Source of the DNA: Bacteroidales bacterium
Lineage (GTDB): Bacteria > Bacteroidota > Bacteroidia > Bacteroidales > GCA-2748055
Direction: 5' to 3'
Assembly: GCA_029938715.1 (NCBI GenBank)
Contig: JAOZUK010000007.1
Coordinates: 2,927 to 66,926 of the forward strand
DNA length: 64,000 nt
Under the pieces are notes generated by a model that was given only the letters and a program-made list of their open reading frames with translations, made no database searches and was not told the DNA's origin. The position numbers were made by a program, and so were the translations under genes. Positions 55,810-64,000 of this stretch are shown here, piece by piece (the stretch's first letter is position 1; each line of letters begins with the position of its first letter).

Positions 55810-56568
55810 ATGTCATACCAGGGTCCTGCCGTGCTGTCCGATACAGTTTTTGAGATCGCAGGTTTTGTTTCCGGAGCAGGAATTGCTGAGGGCGGTATGG
55901 CTCTAATGCAAAGGGTGCCAATTCATTATCCAACCTGGTTTTTCATCTATATTTTCGTGCTTCTTGGATTCTACGCCTGGATCAGGGTCTATTATGGTAA
56001 TATTTTTATCCAAATGGTTCAAGCCACCATCAATTTCCAGGCGGCAAACAGGATGTATTTAGACAACAGCATACTAAAGAATCAGCTGGATCGGGTTCTC
56101 TATGTTCTCTATTTCCTGGTCATAGCATTCCTGGTCTATTTTGTGGAGATGAGAATAGAGTTAACTCCATATAATCTGACTGGAGGTCTGCTCTACCTCT
56201 TCAATCTGGTTGTCCTGATCACCGTATTTTTGGGAAGGATTGTTTTGCTTAACTCTGTTGGTTTCCTGTTTAACCGATTAACCATATTCAGGGAATATTT
56301 ATATAACATATTTATATTTAATAAGTTAACGGGTTTAGTGGTTCTCTCCCTGATGATTTTCATGGTATACACAAGAGGGATAATTCAGGATCTTCTATTC
56401 TGGATTACATTGTGGGTTGTTGGAATGCTGTTTCTGCGGCGCCTTTTCAGAGGCTTAATATTTTCTTTTAAGAAAGATGTTTTAATATTCTATATGTTTT
56501 TGTACCTTTGTGCCCTTGAAATAGTACCTCTTGTATTATTATACAGGTGGTTAGAAGGTGTCCTTTAA
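55810..56568 (+). CDS. DUF4271-like polytopic membrane protein
   Basis: Six or more TM helices. It sits immediately upstream of hemD, the arrangement I recall as conserved in Bacteroidota. ATG 55810 lies 18 nt after a TATCTTTG box. Confidence 0.5.
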   Translation: MSYQGPAVLSDTVFEIAGFVSGAGIAEGGMALMQRVPIHYPTWFFIYIFVLLGFYAWIRVYYGNIFIQMVQATINFQAANRMYLDNSILKNQLDRVLYVLYFLVIAFLVYFVEMRIELTPYNLTGGLLYLFNLVVLITVFLGRIVLLNSVGFLFNRLTIFREYLYNIFIFNKLTGLVVLSLMIFMVYTRGIIQDLLFWITLWVVGMLFLRRLFRGLIFSFKKDVLIFYMFLYLCALEIVPLVLLYRWLEGVL

Positions 56569-56593
56569 GTAGAGATAATAAAACGGATCGTAT

Positions 56594-57346
56594 ATGGGAA
56601 GAATAAGGAAAATCCTTGTCTCACAGCCTCAGCCTGAGAATAACAAATCCCCCTATTTTGACTTGGCCAGCAAGCATAATCTGAAAATTGACTTCAGACC
56701 CTTTATTCATGTGGAGGGTGTAAGTGCTAGGGATTTCAGGCAGGAAAAGGTTGATTTAGGCTCGCACACAGCAGTCCTGTTTACAAGTAAAACTGCAATT
56801 GATCACTACTTCAGAATAGCAGAAGAGACCCGGGTTAATATTCCCGATACCATGAAGTATTTCTGCGTTTCGGAAGCAACCGCCTACTATCTTCAAAAAT
56901 ACATTGTCTACCGTAAAAGGAAGATTTTTTATGGCAATGGTCAGATCACCGATCTGATAGAGATTATGAATAAACACAGCGAAGAGAAGTTTTTGCTACC
57001 ATTGTCAGCAGCTCACAAGGAGGAGATACCCGAACTGTTAAAGACCAACAGCTTCAATTATTCCAAAGCTGTGCTATACCGTACCGAATGCAGCGATCTT
57101 TCCGATCTGGCCGATGTAAATTACGATATTCTCGTATTCTACAGTCCATCCGGGATCAAATCCCTGTTTCAGAACTTTCCCGACTTTAAGCAAAATGATA
57201 CAAAAATTGCTTCGTTTGGGACCAAAACTGCCAAAGCCGCTAAAGAGGCAGGATTGCGGCTTGATATTACGGCGCCTCAACCTCAGGCCCCATCCATGAC
57301 CATGGCCATTGAGAATTTCATTAAGAACTACAACAAAAACAAGTGA
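56594..57346 (+). CDS. hemD: Uroporphyrinogen-III synthase family protein
   Basis: Start ILVSQPQPENNKSPYFDL and a two-lobe HEM4-like pattern; 250 aa. Confidence 0.7.
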   Translation: MGRIRKILVSQPQPENNKSPYFDLASKHNLKIDFRPFIHVEGVSARDFRQEKVDLGSHTAVLFTSKTAIDHYFRIAEETRVNIPDTMKYFCVSEATAYYLQKYIVYRKRKIFYGNGQITDLIEIMNKHSEEKFLLPLSAAHKEEIPELLKTNSFNYSKAVLYRTECSDLSDLADVNYDILVFYSPSGIKSLFQNFPDFKQNDTKIASFGTKTAKAAKEAGLRLDITAPQPQAPSMTMAIENFIKNYNKNK

Positions 57347-57358
57347 AAACCCTGACGG

Positions 57359-57787
57359 GTGCCTGATTTTTCATTTAAAAAGAGCGAAAGGCTTACAGGC
57401 AGTAAATCTATCTCATCGCTGTTTCAGGATGGGATCTCTATCTCCTCCTATCCTGTGAGGATCTTGTTCAGTACCGAAGGTAAAGGTCCTCAGCCCCTAT
57501 CTCTGGCTATCTCTGTTCCAAAGCGTCTCTTTAAAAGGGCCGTTGACCGGAACCTGCTTAAACGTCGCATCAGGGAGGCATATCGATTAAACAAGCACCA
57601 GGTTTATACCAAGCTCCAATTGATGGAGAGTAAGGTAAACCTGGTCATTCAATACCAGCAGAGAGAGATTCTTGATTATCAGATAATAGAAACGGGAGTG
57701 GTAAAGGCATTGGATAAAATGGTGAGGAGACTGGAAGATCAGACCCGGAATTTATCTAATGATGGTTCTTCCGCCCAACCCCACTGA
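57359..57787 (+). CDS. rnpA: Ribonuclease P protein component
   Basis: FKKSERL start and the basic RNR-like motif KRAVDRNLLKRRIREAYR. GTG start. Confidence 0.7.
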   Translation: MPDFSFKKSERLTGSKSISSLFQDGISISSYPVRILFSTEGKGPQPLSLAISVPKRLFKRAVDRNLLKRRIREAYRLNKHQVYTKLQLMESKVNLVIQYQQREILDYQIIETGVVKALDKMVRRLEDQTRNLSNDGSSAQPH

Positions 57788-59704
57788 AAGCTCTCTTTTC
57801 ACCCCCTCCAGGCTTTTTAATCTGATTATCAATTGATTTATCGATTCAACATCCTTCTCTTTTTCAATGCTTTGAAGCTCCGTCCGCAGTTGATTTAGTG
57901 CCTTCTCAATCACCATCATTTTGTACGAAAGCAGGGATTTTGGAACTTCGAATCCCAGGTTTTCACCTGGCATCTCCACATAGGCCTCTTTGCGTTTCCA
58001 GACTTTGCTAAGTTCGTACCTGGATGTAAAAATATCCACAGCCAGTTTCCTTACCCCAGGGTGATCGTGGTACACAAAAAATCGTTCGGTGACCGTATCC
58101 CCCCGTTCAATAATGTCTTTCACATCTTCAAATATCTGCTTGTATACCAGATTGGTAAACTCAAGATCATCATTCTGAATTTCCCTGATGATGAAAAGAC
58201 CCACACTGATTTCCGAATTCTCCTCGCTGCTGAGGCGTAGGTTATGATTTCCGAATTTAAGCAGGAAGTAGATGATCTCACGTTCTTCAACTTCAGAGAA
58301 TACATTTTCCACAAAACCAGGAACCACCGGTTGTTTTGGGATGGTGGTAGGAGGTTCCTGACGGCTTCTATATCCCGATTGCTCCCTTTTCCATTGTTGC
58401 TCCTGTTTTCGACTTCTGATCTTATTCACCTCATTGTAGAGGATCTGTTCCTCTACACCCAGTAAAAGGCTGCTGTCCTTAAGAAAAACGGATCGGAGGA
58501 TGCCATCGGGTATAACTGCAACCGATTTTACGATATCGGTGATAAGCTGGGCACGTTTTATGGGGTCATGCTGAGTTTCGGCCAGCAGGAGTTCGGTTTT
58601 AAAGGAGATAAAATCTTTTTCACTTGATTGGATATACTCAAGGAAATCAGAGGAGCTACGTGATTGTGCGAATGAATCGGGATCCTCTCCTGCAGGAAAC
58701 ATCACCACCTTTACATTCATTCCCTCCTCAAGGATCATATCGATTCCCCGGAAGGAGGCTTTGATACCTGCTTCATCCCCATCGTAGAGAATGGTGATGT
58801 TACTGGTAAATCTTTTGATGAGCCTGATCTGTTCGGTGGTTAACGCTGTTCCCGATGAGGCAACCACATTCTCAATTCCTGCCTGATGCATGGAGATCAC
58901 ATCCGTATAGCCTTCAACCAGGAAGCATCGATCTTTTGAAACAATGGCCTTTTTTGCATGGAATAGGCCATAAAGAACCCTGCTTTTGTGGTATAAATCC
59001 GATTCGGGTGAATTCAGATATTTCGCAATGTTTTTATCCGATTTCAGTGTTCGGCCCCCAAACCCAATTGCGCTTCCCGAAAGGGAATGTATGGGAAATA
59101 TTACCCTGCCGGCGAAACGGTCAAAGAGGTAATCATCCCGTGCAATGGAGAGACCGGTAGTGACCAAATAACTCCTTTTATAGCCATTTTTTTCTGCCTC
59201 GGTGGAGAATGCCTTTCGCCCCTCGGGACTGTATCCCAATTGAAACTTCTTCAATATATCATCCCTGAATCCACGTTTTCGGAAATAGGTCATGCCGATG
59301 GCTTTGCCCTCTTCAGATTGAAGTTGATGTGCAAAGTATTTGCTGGCAAATTCTGTAACAGCCAGCAGACTTTCACGTTCATTTTTCTGTTGGATCTCTT
59401 CGGCAGTAAGCTCTTTCTCCTCAAAGGCAATGTTATACCGGTTTGCCAAATAACGAAGGGCTTCAGGATAGGATAACTTTTCATGTTCCATGAGGAAACC
59501 CACCACATTTCCCCCCTTACCCGAGCTGAAATCCTTGAAGATTCCTTTGGCAGGAGAAACCATAAAAGAGGGGGTTTTCTCGTTGGAAAACGGACTGAGA
59601 CCTTTGTAATTGGTACCACTTTTCTTCAATGTGACAAAGTCGGAGATCACCTCCACAATGTCGGCCCTCTCAAAAATCTGGTTTATGGTCTGCTGGTCAA
59701 TCAT
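57752..59704 (-). CDS. dnaG: DNA primase (zinc-ribbon ligands all substituted)
   Basis: N-terminal primase zinc-binding-domain homology (GLSPFSNEKTPSFMVSP), TOPRIM (LVEGYTDV...DGDEAG); 650 aa. Confidence 0.9.
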   Translation of the reverse strand: MIDQQTINQIFERADIVEVISDFVTLKKSGTNYKGLSPFSNEKTPSFMVSPAKGIFKDFSSGKGGNVVGFLMEHEKLSYPEALRYLANRYNIAFEEKELTAEEIQQKNERESLLAVTEFASKYFAHQLQSEEGKAIGMTYFRKRGFRDDILKKFQLGYSPEGRKAFSTEAEKNGYKRSYLVTTGLSIARDDYLFDRFAGRVIFPIHSLSGSAIGFGGRTLKSDKNIAKYLNSPESDLYHKSRVLYGLFHAKKAIVSKDRCFLVEGYTDVISMHQAGIENVVASSGTALTTEQIRLIKRFTSNITILYDGDEAGIKASFRGIDMILEEGMNVKVVMFPAGEDPDSFAQSRSSSDFLEYIQSSEKDFISFKTELLLAETQHDPIKRAQLITDIVKSVAVIPDGILRSVFLKDSSLLLGVEEQILYNEVNKIRSRKQEQQWKREQSGYRSRQEPPTTIPKQPVVPGFVENVFSEVEEREIIYFLLKFGNHNLRLSSEENSEISVGLFIIREIQNDDLEFTNLVYKQIFEDVKDIIERGDTVTERFFVYHDHPGVRKLAVDIFTSRYELSKVWKRKEAYVEMPGENLGFEVPKSLLSYKMMVIEKALNQLRTELQSIEKEKDVESINQLIIRLKSLEGVKRELSVGLGGRTIIR

Positions 59705-59818
59705 TTAGAATACTTCGAGCTTCGTGGAAAATACCTGTTTGCCGGGTAGTTAAAAATAGCGAAACTAATTCAGTCAAAATCTTATATTTACATAAAAAGT
59801 AAGAAAGAAAAAGAATTC

Positions 59819-59980
59819 ATGAAATTCGGTACATTGATTAATTGCACAGATGGAAGGGTCCAGTATCCAGTGATGGATTACCTTCAGAGGGCTTTTGGCA
59901 AGGATAAAACCTATGTGGGCTTATATGTGAATGAAGTTTGGGTGGTGGAGGAATTCACTAAATTCCCCCCTGAAATATAA
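59819..59980 (+). CDS. Small ORF (53 aa), hypothetical; possibly a gene remnant
   Basis: ATG-initiated ORF MKFGTLINCTDGRVQYPVMDYLQRAFGKDKTYV.... A near-consensus TATATTTA box lies 28 nt upstream. Below the ORF-track cutoff. Confidence 0.2.
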   Translation: MKFGTLINCTDGRVQYPVMDYLQRAFGKDKTYVGLYVNEVWVVEEFTKFPPEI

Positions 59981-59991
59981 AGAATAGACAG

Positions 59992-60678
59992 GTGAAGAAA
60001 CTGGTTGTACTTACAGGAGCCGGAATGAGTGCGGAGAGTGGGCTGAAAACCTTCCGCGAGATGGGAGGATTATGGGAGACGCATGATGTGTATGAAGTGG
60101 CCAGTCCCACCGGTTGGGCCCGTGATCGCAGTATGGTGCTTCGATTTTACAATGAAAGGCGAAAGCAGTTGCTGGAAACCTCCCCGAACACTGGTCACAT
60201 GGGACTGGTGGAACTTGAAAAAAAATACGAGGTGAGGATTATTACCCAGAATGTGGATGATTTGCATGAAAGAGCAGGTTCATCAAATATCCTCCATCTG
60301 CATGGGGAATTGCGTAAAGCGCGTAGCACATCTGATCCTGGTTTAATCTATGATCTGGAGAGCTGGGAGTTGAAAGAGGGAGATCTTTGCGAGAAGGGAT
60401 CTCAACTGCGTCCGGATGTTGTCTGGTTTGGCGAGGCTGTACCGGCCATTGAGGAGGCGGCAGAAATAGTCTCTATTGCCGGGATTTTTGTGATTATCGG
60501 AACCTCCCTGAATGTTTATCCTGCTGCAGGATTGATCAATTATGTCCCAGAGGGAGTACCGGTATTTGTGATTGATCCCAATGAGGTCCCGATTCCTGGT
60601 AATTCGCAGGTAAAGGTGATACCCGAAAAAGCCGGGATGGGGGTAAGAAAACTGATAGAAGCTTTAGAAAATGAATAG
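59992..60678 (+). CDS. cobB: NAD-dependent protein deacylase (Sir2 family)
   Basis: GAGMSAESGLKTFR, TQNVDDLHERAG and catalytic LHGE motifs. GTG start. Confidence 0.85.
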   Translation: MKKLVVLTGAGMSAESGLKTFREMGGLWETHDVYEVASPTGWARDRSMVLRFYNERRKQLLETSPNTGHMGLVELEKKYEVRIITQNVDDLHERAGSSNILHLHGELRKARSTSDPGLIYDLESWELKEGDLCEKGSQLRPDVVWFGEAVPAIEEAAEIVSIAGIFVIIGTSLNVYPAAGLINYVPEGVPVFVIDPNEVPIPGNSQVKVIPEKAGMGVRKLIEALENE

Positions 60679-61315
60679 AAGAGAGAACTCATTGGTAAGA
60701 ATAATCTTATTTTGCGGCCTTTTGGGGATGACCATTGCATCCTATAGTCAATCTCCGACCTATCCCCTGACCTTTGGACTCTATGGAGGAATAACCGCAT
60801 CGCAGGTAAATGGGGATAGCTACACAGGGTTTAATAGAATCGGTATGAATACCGGAGGATTTGTGAACCAGTATATTGTATCCGATATTTACTGGCAGGC
60901 CGAATTGAAGTATGTAATACGCGGGGTATATCAGGGCCCGGGAGATTACGATCCTACACTTTTCCGAAGCACTTATCACTACCTGGAACTGCCCCTTTCC
61001 ACGCACTATCTTTATGATGATAAATTTCTGGTGGAGATGGGAATCTCGCCGGAGGTATTGCTTGCCACATCCTACGAAGATGAAAATGGAAAGCTGAATC
61101 CCTCTTCCTATCCCGAGAACAGGACATTTGGCATGAGTGTATTTATTGGTTTCGGTTACTGGTTCAGCCCAACCATGGGTGTGAATTTGCGCTATACCAA
61201 TTCTGCCTTGCCGTTCCGTGAACCCGAGGAGTGGAATAACCCCCAGTACAAAGGCTATTTTCATAATGTAGTCAGCCTCTCTTTAACCTACCGGTTCAAG
61301 CGCAACAAACAGTAG
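60671..61315 (+). CDS. Outer membrane beta-barrel (porin-family/OmpA-like barrel) protein
   Basis: Signal peptide, alternating aromatic beta-strand pattern, C-terminal ...LSLTYRF. Confidence 0.55.
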   Translation: MNRRENSLVRIILFCGLLGMTIASYSQSPTYPLTFGLYGGITASQVNGDSYTGFNRIGMNTGGFVNQYIVSDIYWQAELKYVIRGVYQGPGDYDPTLFRSTYHYLELPLSTHYLYDDKFLVEMGISPEVLLATSYEDENGKLNPSSYPENRTFGMSVFIGFGYWFSPTMGVNLRYTNSALPFREPEEWNNPQYKGYFHNVVSLSLTYRFKRNKQ

Positions 61316-61979
61316 CTATATAAACCTGGCAGGTGTATTGTCTGTGCAAGGTCTGGCAGCAGGCTTCAAGCGTGGCACCGGTGGTTACCACATCATCTAT
61401 AAGAAGAATCTTTTTCCCGTTCATAGGGGGCGCTTTTTTGGTAATGCAAAAGCTTCCTGATACATTTTCAAATCGTTCGTAACGACCCATAAAGGTTTGC
61501 GAGCCTTTGTGGACATTTCTCATCAGGAGATTTAGTTCAATGGGAATATTTATGATTTCTGAGACTCCCGTGGCAATAATTTCACTCTGATTATATCCCC
61601 TTTGCCTAAGCCGTTTTCGATGAAGCGGGACCGGAACGATGACATCGCAATGAGCATAGGAGGAGTTTTTTAAATCATGGCCCAGCAAACGCCCCAGGTA
61701 CAAACCCACCCTCCTGTTTCCACGGTATTTCAGATCGTGAAGCAGGGATTGGTAGGAGGATCCTTTTTCAAATCGGAATAGTGAAGTACTGTGTTCCACG
61801 GGGATCCTTCCCCAAAAACCCATGTGAACCGGATTCTTAGGGAGACTGGTATATCCGGTTCTGGGAATTTTTTGTTCGCAACTCAGACAGATCACTTCCC
61901 CGGGTGCAGGGAGCCGCTTGCTGCAGAGGAGGCAATTCACAGGAAAAAAGAGCATCAACAAATCATTGAACCACAACAC
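61296..61979 (-). CDS. comF: ComF family protein (phosphoribosyltransferase domain)
   Basis: N-terminal double CxxC (CLLCSKRL...CLSCEQKI) and PRT motif ILLIDDVVTTGATL. Confidence 0.75.
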   Translation of the reverse strand: MLWFNDLLMLFFPVNCLLCSKRLPAPGEVICLSCEQKIPRTGYTSLPKNPVHMGFWGRIPVEHSTSLFRFEKGSSYQSLLHDLKYRGNRRVGLYLGRLLGHDLKNSSYAHCDVIVPVPLHRKRLRQRGYNQSEIIATGVSEIINIPIELNLLMRNVHKGSQTFMGRYERFENVSGSFCITKKAPPMNGKKILLIDDVVTTGATLEACCQTLHRQYTCQVYIATVCCA

Positions 61980-62024
61980 CTTTTTGGAGGTATATGTGAC
62001 AGGGATGTCTCTTATCGCAATCAG

Positions 62025-63050
62025 TTACTCTTTTTGGGTCATCTTTTTGGTGGAGAGCAGTCCACATGCTGCCCAAATGTCCTGGCCGCGACTGGCTCTG
62101 ATGGTGGTGGTGATCCCTTTTGCTATGAGTTTATCCCTGAACCGCTTAATGGCAGCCTCATTGGGAGATTCAAGCGGGGTATCCGGAATGGGGTGAAACC
62201 GGATCAGATTGATCCGGCAACGAATCCCCTGGAGGATTCTGGCAAGCTCATTCACATGGGCGGGTGAATCATTAAACCCCTTAAATAGGATGTATTCAAA
62301 GGAAACCCTGCGTTGCCTGCCAAAGTCCCACGAGCGGATCTCCTTTAAAACCTCTTTGAGCGGATAGACCTGTTGAACAGGCATCAGTTTTCTACGCTCC
62401 TCATCAAATGGCGTATGCAGGCTCACGGCCAGGTGTGCTTCACTCTGATCCAGAAATTGAAGCATGGCTGGGGTGATTCCTATGGTAGATACCGTGATTC
62501 GCCGGGGACTGAGTGCGAAGCCCCATTGGGCAGTCAGTATTTGAAGGCTTTTCAATACTTCGGTCAGGTTATCCAATGGTTCCCCCATACCCATATAGAC
62601 AATATTGGTCAGCGCCTTCCATTCCGAAATACTTCTGTACTGGTTAATGATCTCCCCGGCGGTGAGGTTTCCCTGAAATCCCTGCTTTCCGGTCATGCAG
62701 AAGAGACACCCCATTTTACAACCCACCTGCGATGAGACACAAACGGTATTTCTCTTCTCTTCAGGAATATATGCAGTCTCAATGTACTTTTCGTTCTGCG
62801 CCCTGAACAGGTACTTTTTTGTTCCATCCACCGACTCCGTTACATCCACAGGCAAGCTTGTTCCCAGATCAAATGAAGCTGAGAGTTGAGCCCTGGCCTT
62901 TTTTGACAGGTTGGTCATTTCATCGATGGAAGAGACCTCCTTCTTGTAGAGCCATTCCGATATTTGCCGGGCACTATAGGAGGGAAGGCCCAGGTTCTCT
63001 GTGAGGGTAGTTAACTCCTCAAGCGTTTTTCCGAATAGTTTTTCCTGCAT
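62025..63050 (-). CDS. rlmN: 23S rRNA (adenine2503-C2)-methyltransferase, radical SAM
   Basis: CVSSQVGCKMGCLFCMTG radical SAM cluster; MGMGEPLDN. Confidence 0.9.
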   Translation of the reverse strand: MQEKLFGKTLEELTTLTENLGLPSYSARQISEWLYKKEVSSIDEMTNLSKKARAQLSASFDLGTSLPVDVTESVDGTKKYLFRAQNEKYIETAYIPEEKRNTVCVSSQVGCKMGCLFCMTGKQGFQGNLTAGEIINQYRSISEWKALTNIVYMGMGEPLDNLTEVLKSLQILTAQWGFALSPRRITVSTIGITPAMLQFLDQSEAHLAVSLHTPFDEERRKLMPVQQVYPLKEVLKEIRSWDFGRQRRVSFEYILFKGFNDSPAHVNELARILQGIRCRINLIRFHPIPDTPLESPNEAAIKRFRDKLIAKGITTTIRASRGQDIWAACGLLSTKKMTQKE

Positions 63051-63053
63051 GGA

Positions 63054-63719
63054 TTAGAAGTATATTTCGGAGATGATCTGATGGAACGGGACACCCTTTT
63101 GGATAAGAATATCCCTTGTTTCCACCACCATTTCAGCGTTGCCACAAAGGTAGTACTTTAGCGACGGATCTAATTCGGGTTCCTCCTCAAGGAATCCGGT
63201 TACCCTTCCATGATACACCCTTTCGTCATGTTCTCCGGAGCAACAGCGAATATAGTTTTCCCCTAACACCGCTTCAAATTCATCATAAAAGTGGAATTGT
63301 TCCAGAAAACGGTTCCCGTGGATCAGGGTTTTATTACTTCCCAGACCCGATTTCAACATGGCGTAAAATGGGGCAATCCCGGTGCCGGTAGCGATCCATA
63401 CTGCAGGATTCAGATTGTCTGTAAATTCCCCCCTGGGTTCTGTAATCCAGAGGGTGTCACCAGCCTCCAGATCCGACAGGCGGGGAGTAAGGTAACCCTC
63501 GTCAATTACATTGTACAGGATTTTAGTATGGGCTTCATCTTCTCCGCTGCAAATGCTGTATAACCTTCGGGGTCCGTTTTCCTCCAGGGCAATACCCAGT
63601 ACTTGTCCGGCTATAAAATCAAAGTTCCGTCTGAATCCAAACAGGTAGATTCCGTCAGAAAGTTCTTCCGTAAAATCGACGATTACCGGGGAGAGTTTAT
63701 GGTTATGCCCGGCTACCAT
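63054..63719 (-). CDS. Ferredoxin-NADP reductase-like FAD/NAD(P)-binding oxidoreductase
   Basis: FAD motif RLYSICS and NAD(P) motif ATGTGIAPF; 221 aa. Confidence 0.7.
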   Translation of the reverse strand: MVAGHNHKLSPVIVDFTEELSDGIYLFGFRRNFDFIAGQVLGIALEENGPRRLYSICSGEDEAHTKILYNVIDEGYLTPRLSDLEAGDTLWITEPRGEFTDNLNPAVWIATGTGIAPFYAMLKSGLGSNKTLIHGNRFLEQFHFYDEFEAVLGENYIRCCSGEHDERVYHGRVTGFLEEEPELDPSLKYYLCGNAEMVVETRDILIQKGVPFHQIISEIYF

Positions 63720-64000
63720 ACGGTGCGCATTTTACCTCCGTCGATGATGAAAGTTTCCCCTGTGACGTAAGAGGCGGCATCTGATAGAAGATATACCGCA
63801 GCTTTCCCAAATTCATCGGGATCCCCATACCGTCCCATTGGAATTTTGTCAAAGTTAATTTTTCTCACATTTTCGATACTTATCCTCCACTCCCGGGAGT
63901 TGCGCTGGTCCAGTTCCTGAAGTCGATCGGTATCAAAAAAACCAGGAACCAGGTTATTGATTCGGATCTGATCTTTAGCCACCTGGAAGGAGAGGCTCTT
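63713..64000 (-). CDS. Short-chain dehydrogenase/reductase, C-terminal part (5' end outside window)
   Basis: The frame stays open to the window edge (…KSLSFQVAKDQIRINNLVPGFFDTD…), the typical SDR C-terminal region. Confidence 0.7.
   Translation of the reverse strand, partial: KSLSFQVAKDQIRINNLVPGFFDTDRLQELDQRNSREWRISIENVRKINFDKIPMGRYGDPDEFGKAAVYLLSDAASYVTGETFIIDGGKMRTVW

Noticed and set aside
60707-61264. 185-aa minus-strand ORF opposite the outer-membrane barrel gene
   Set aside because: The plus-strand frame has a signal peptide, a beta-barrel strand pattern and a C-terminal aromatic. The minus-strand product has none of these features.
1-64000. Search for CRISPR arrays, tRNA/rRNA genes, transposases, integrases, phage genes, toxin-antitoxin pairs or known defence-system signatures
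   Set aside because: I saw no spaced direct-repeat arrays, no cloverleaf-capable GC-rich intergenic segments (nearly all gaps are under 60 nt) and no recombinase or defence-type motifs in any ORF. The Sir2 and patatin genes look like housekeeping deacylase and outer-membrane lipase types rather than defence effectors.

Overview
This window reads as a gene-dense, housekeeping stretch of a Bacteroidota chromosome. About 60 protein genes fill it with almost no intergenic space. I found no rRNA, tRNA, CRISPR array, transposase, integrase or prophage signature. The phylum call rests on three things: the sigma-A -7 box TAnnTTTG recurring 19-40 nt upstream of start codons, phylum-typical neighbourhoods (DUF4271-hemD; flippase-dut-TPR-DUF4292-M23 peptidase), and a long three-domain IspG. 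Recognisable genes include rnr, cysS, ispG, ispD, lgt, zupT, hemW, rpiB, nadA, ruvB, pheS, dut, ybeY, mnmG, apt, uvrC, queD, polA, hemD, rnpA, dnaG, cobB, comF and rlmN. The strongest candidate for something undescribed is the locus at about 19.8-27.3 kb. It holds a 1385-aa protein with no signal peptide that fuses a GT4-like glycosyltransferase, a roughly 500-aa region I cannot assign, and a C-terminal phosphodiester-glycosidase (NAGPA/DUF2233)-like domain. This gene is tightly coupled to hemW and converges on a stand-alone paralogue of its own glycosyltransferase module, which is co-transcribed with a membrane-anchored coiled-coil protein. Secondary items are: a six-gene lgt-zupT-CDF-CDF-hemerythrin-like-LuxR operon that mixes metal import and export with a putative di-iron sensor and a pseudo-receiver regulator; a DnaG whose four zinc-ribbon ligands are all substituted; a Sir2 that keeps only one of four zinc cysteines; a 370-bp AT-rich divergent control region with repeats; two small ORFs below the ORF-track cutoff; and pervasive overlap of convergent gene ends. 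All functional calls come from motif recognition by eye. No BLAST or HMM search could be run.
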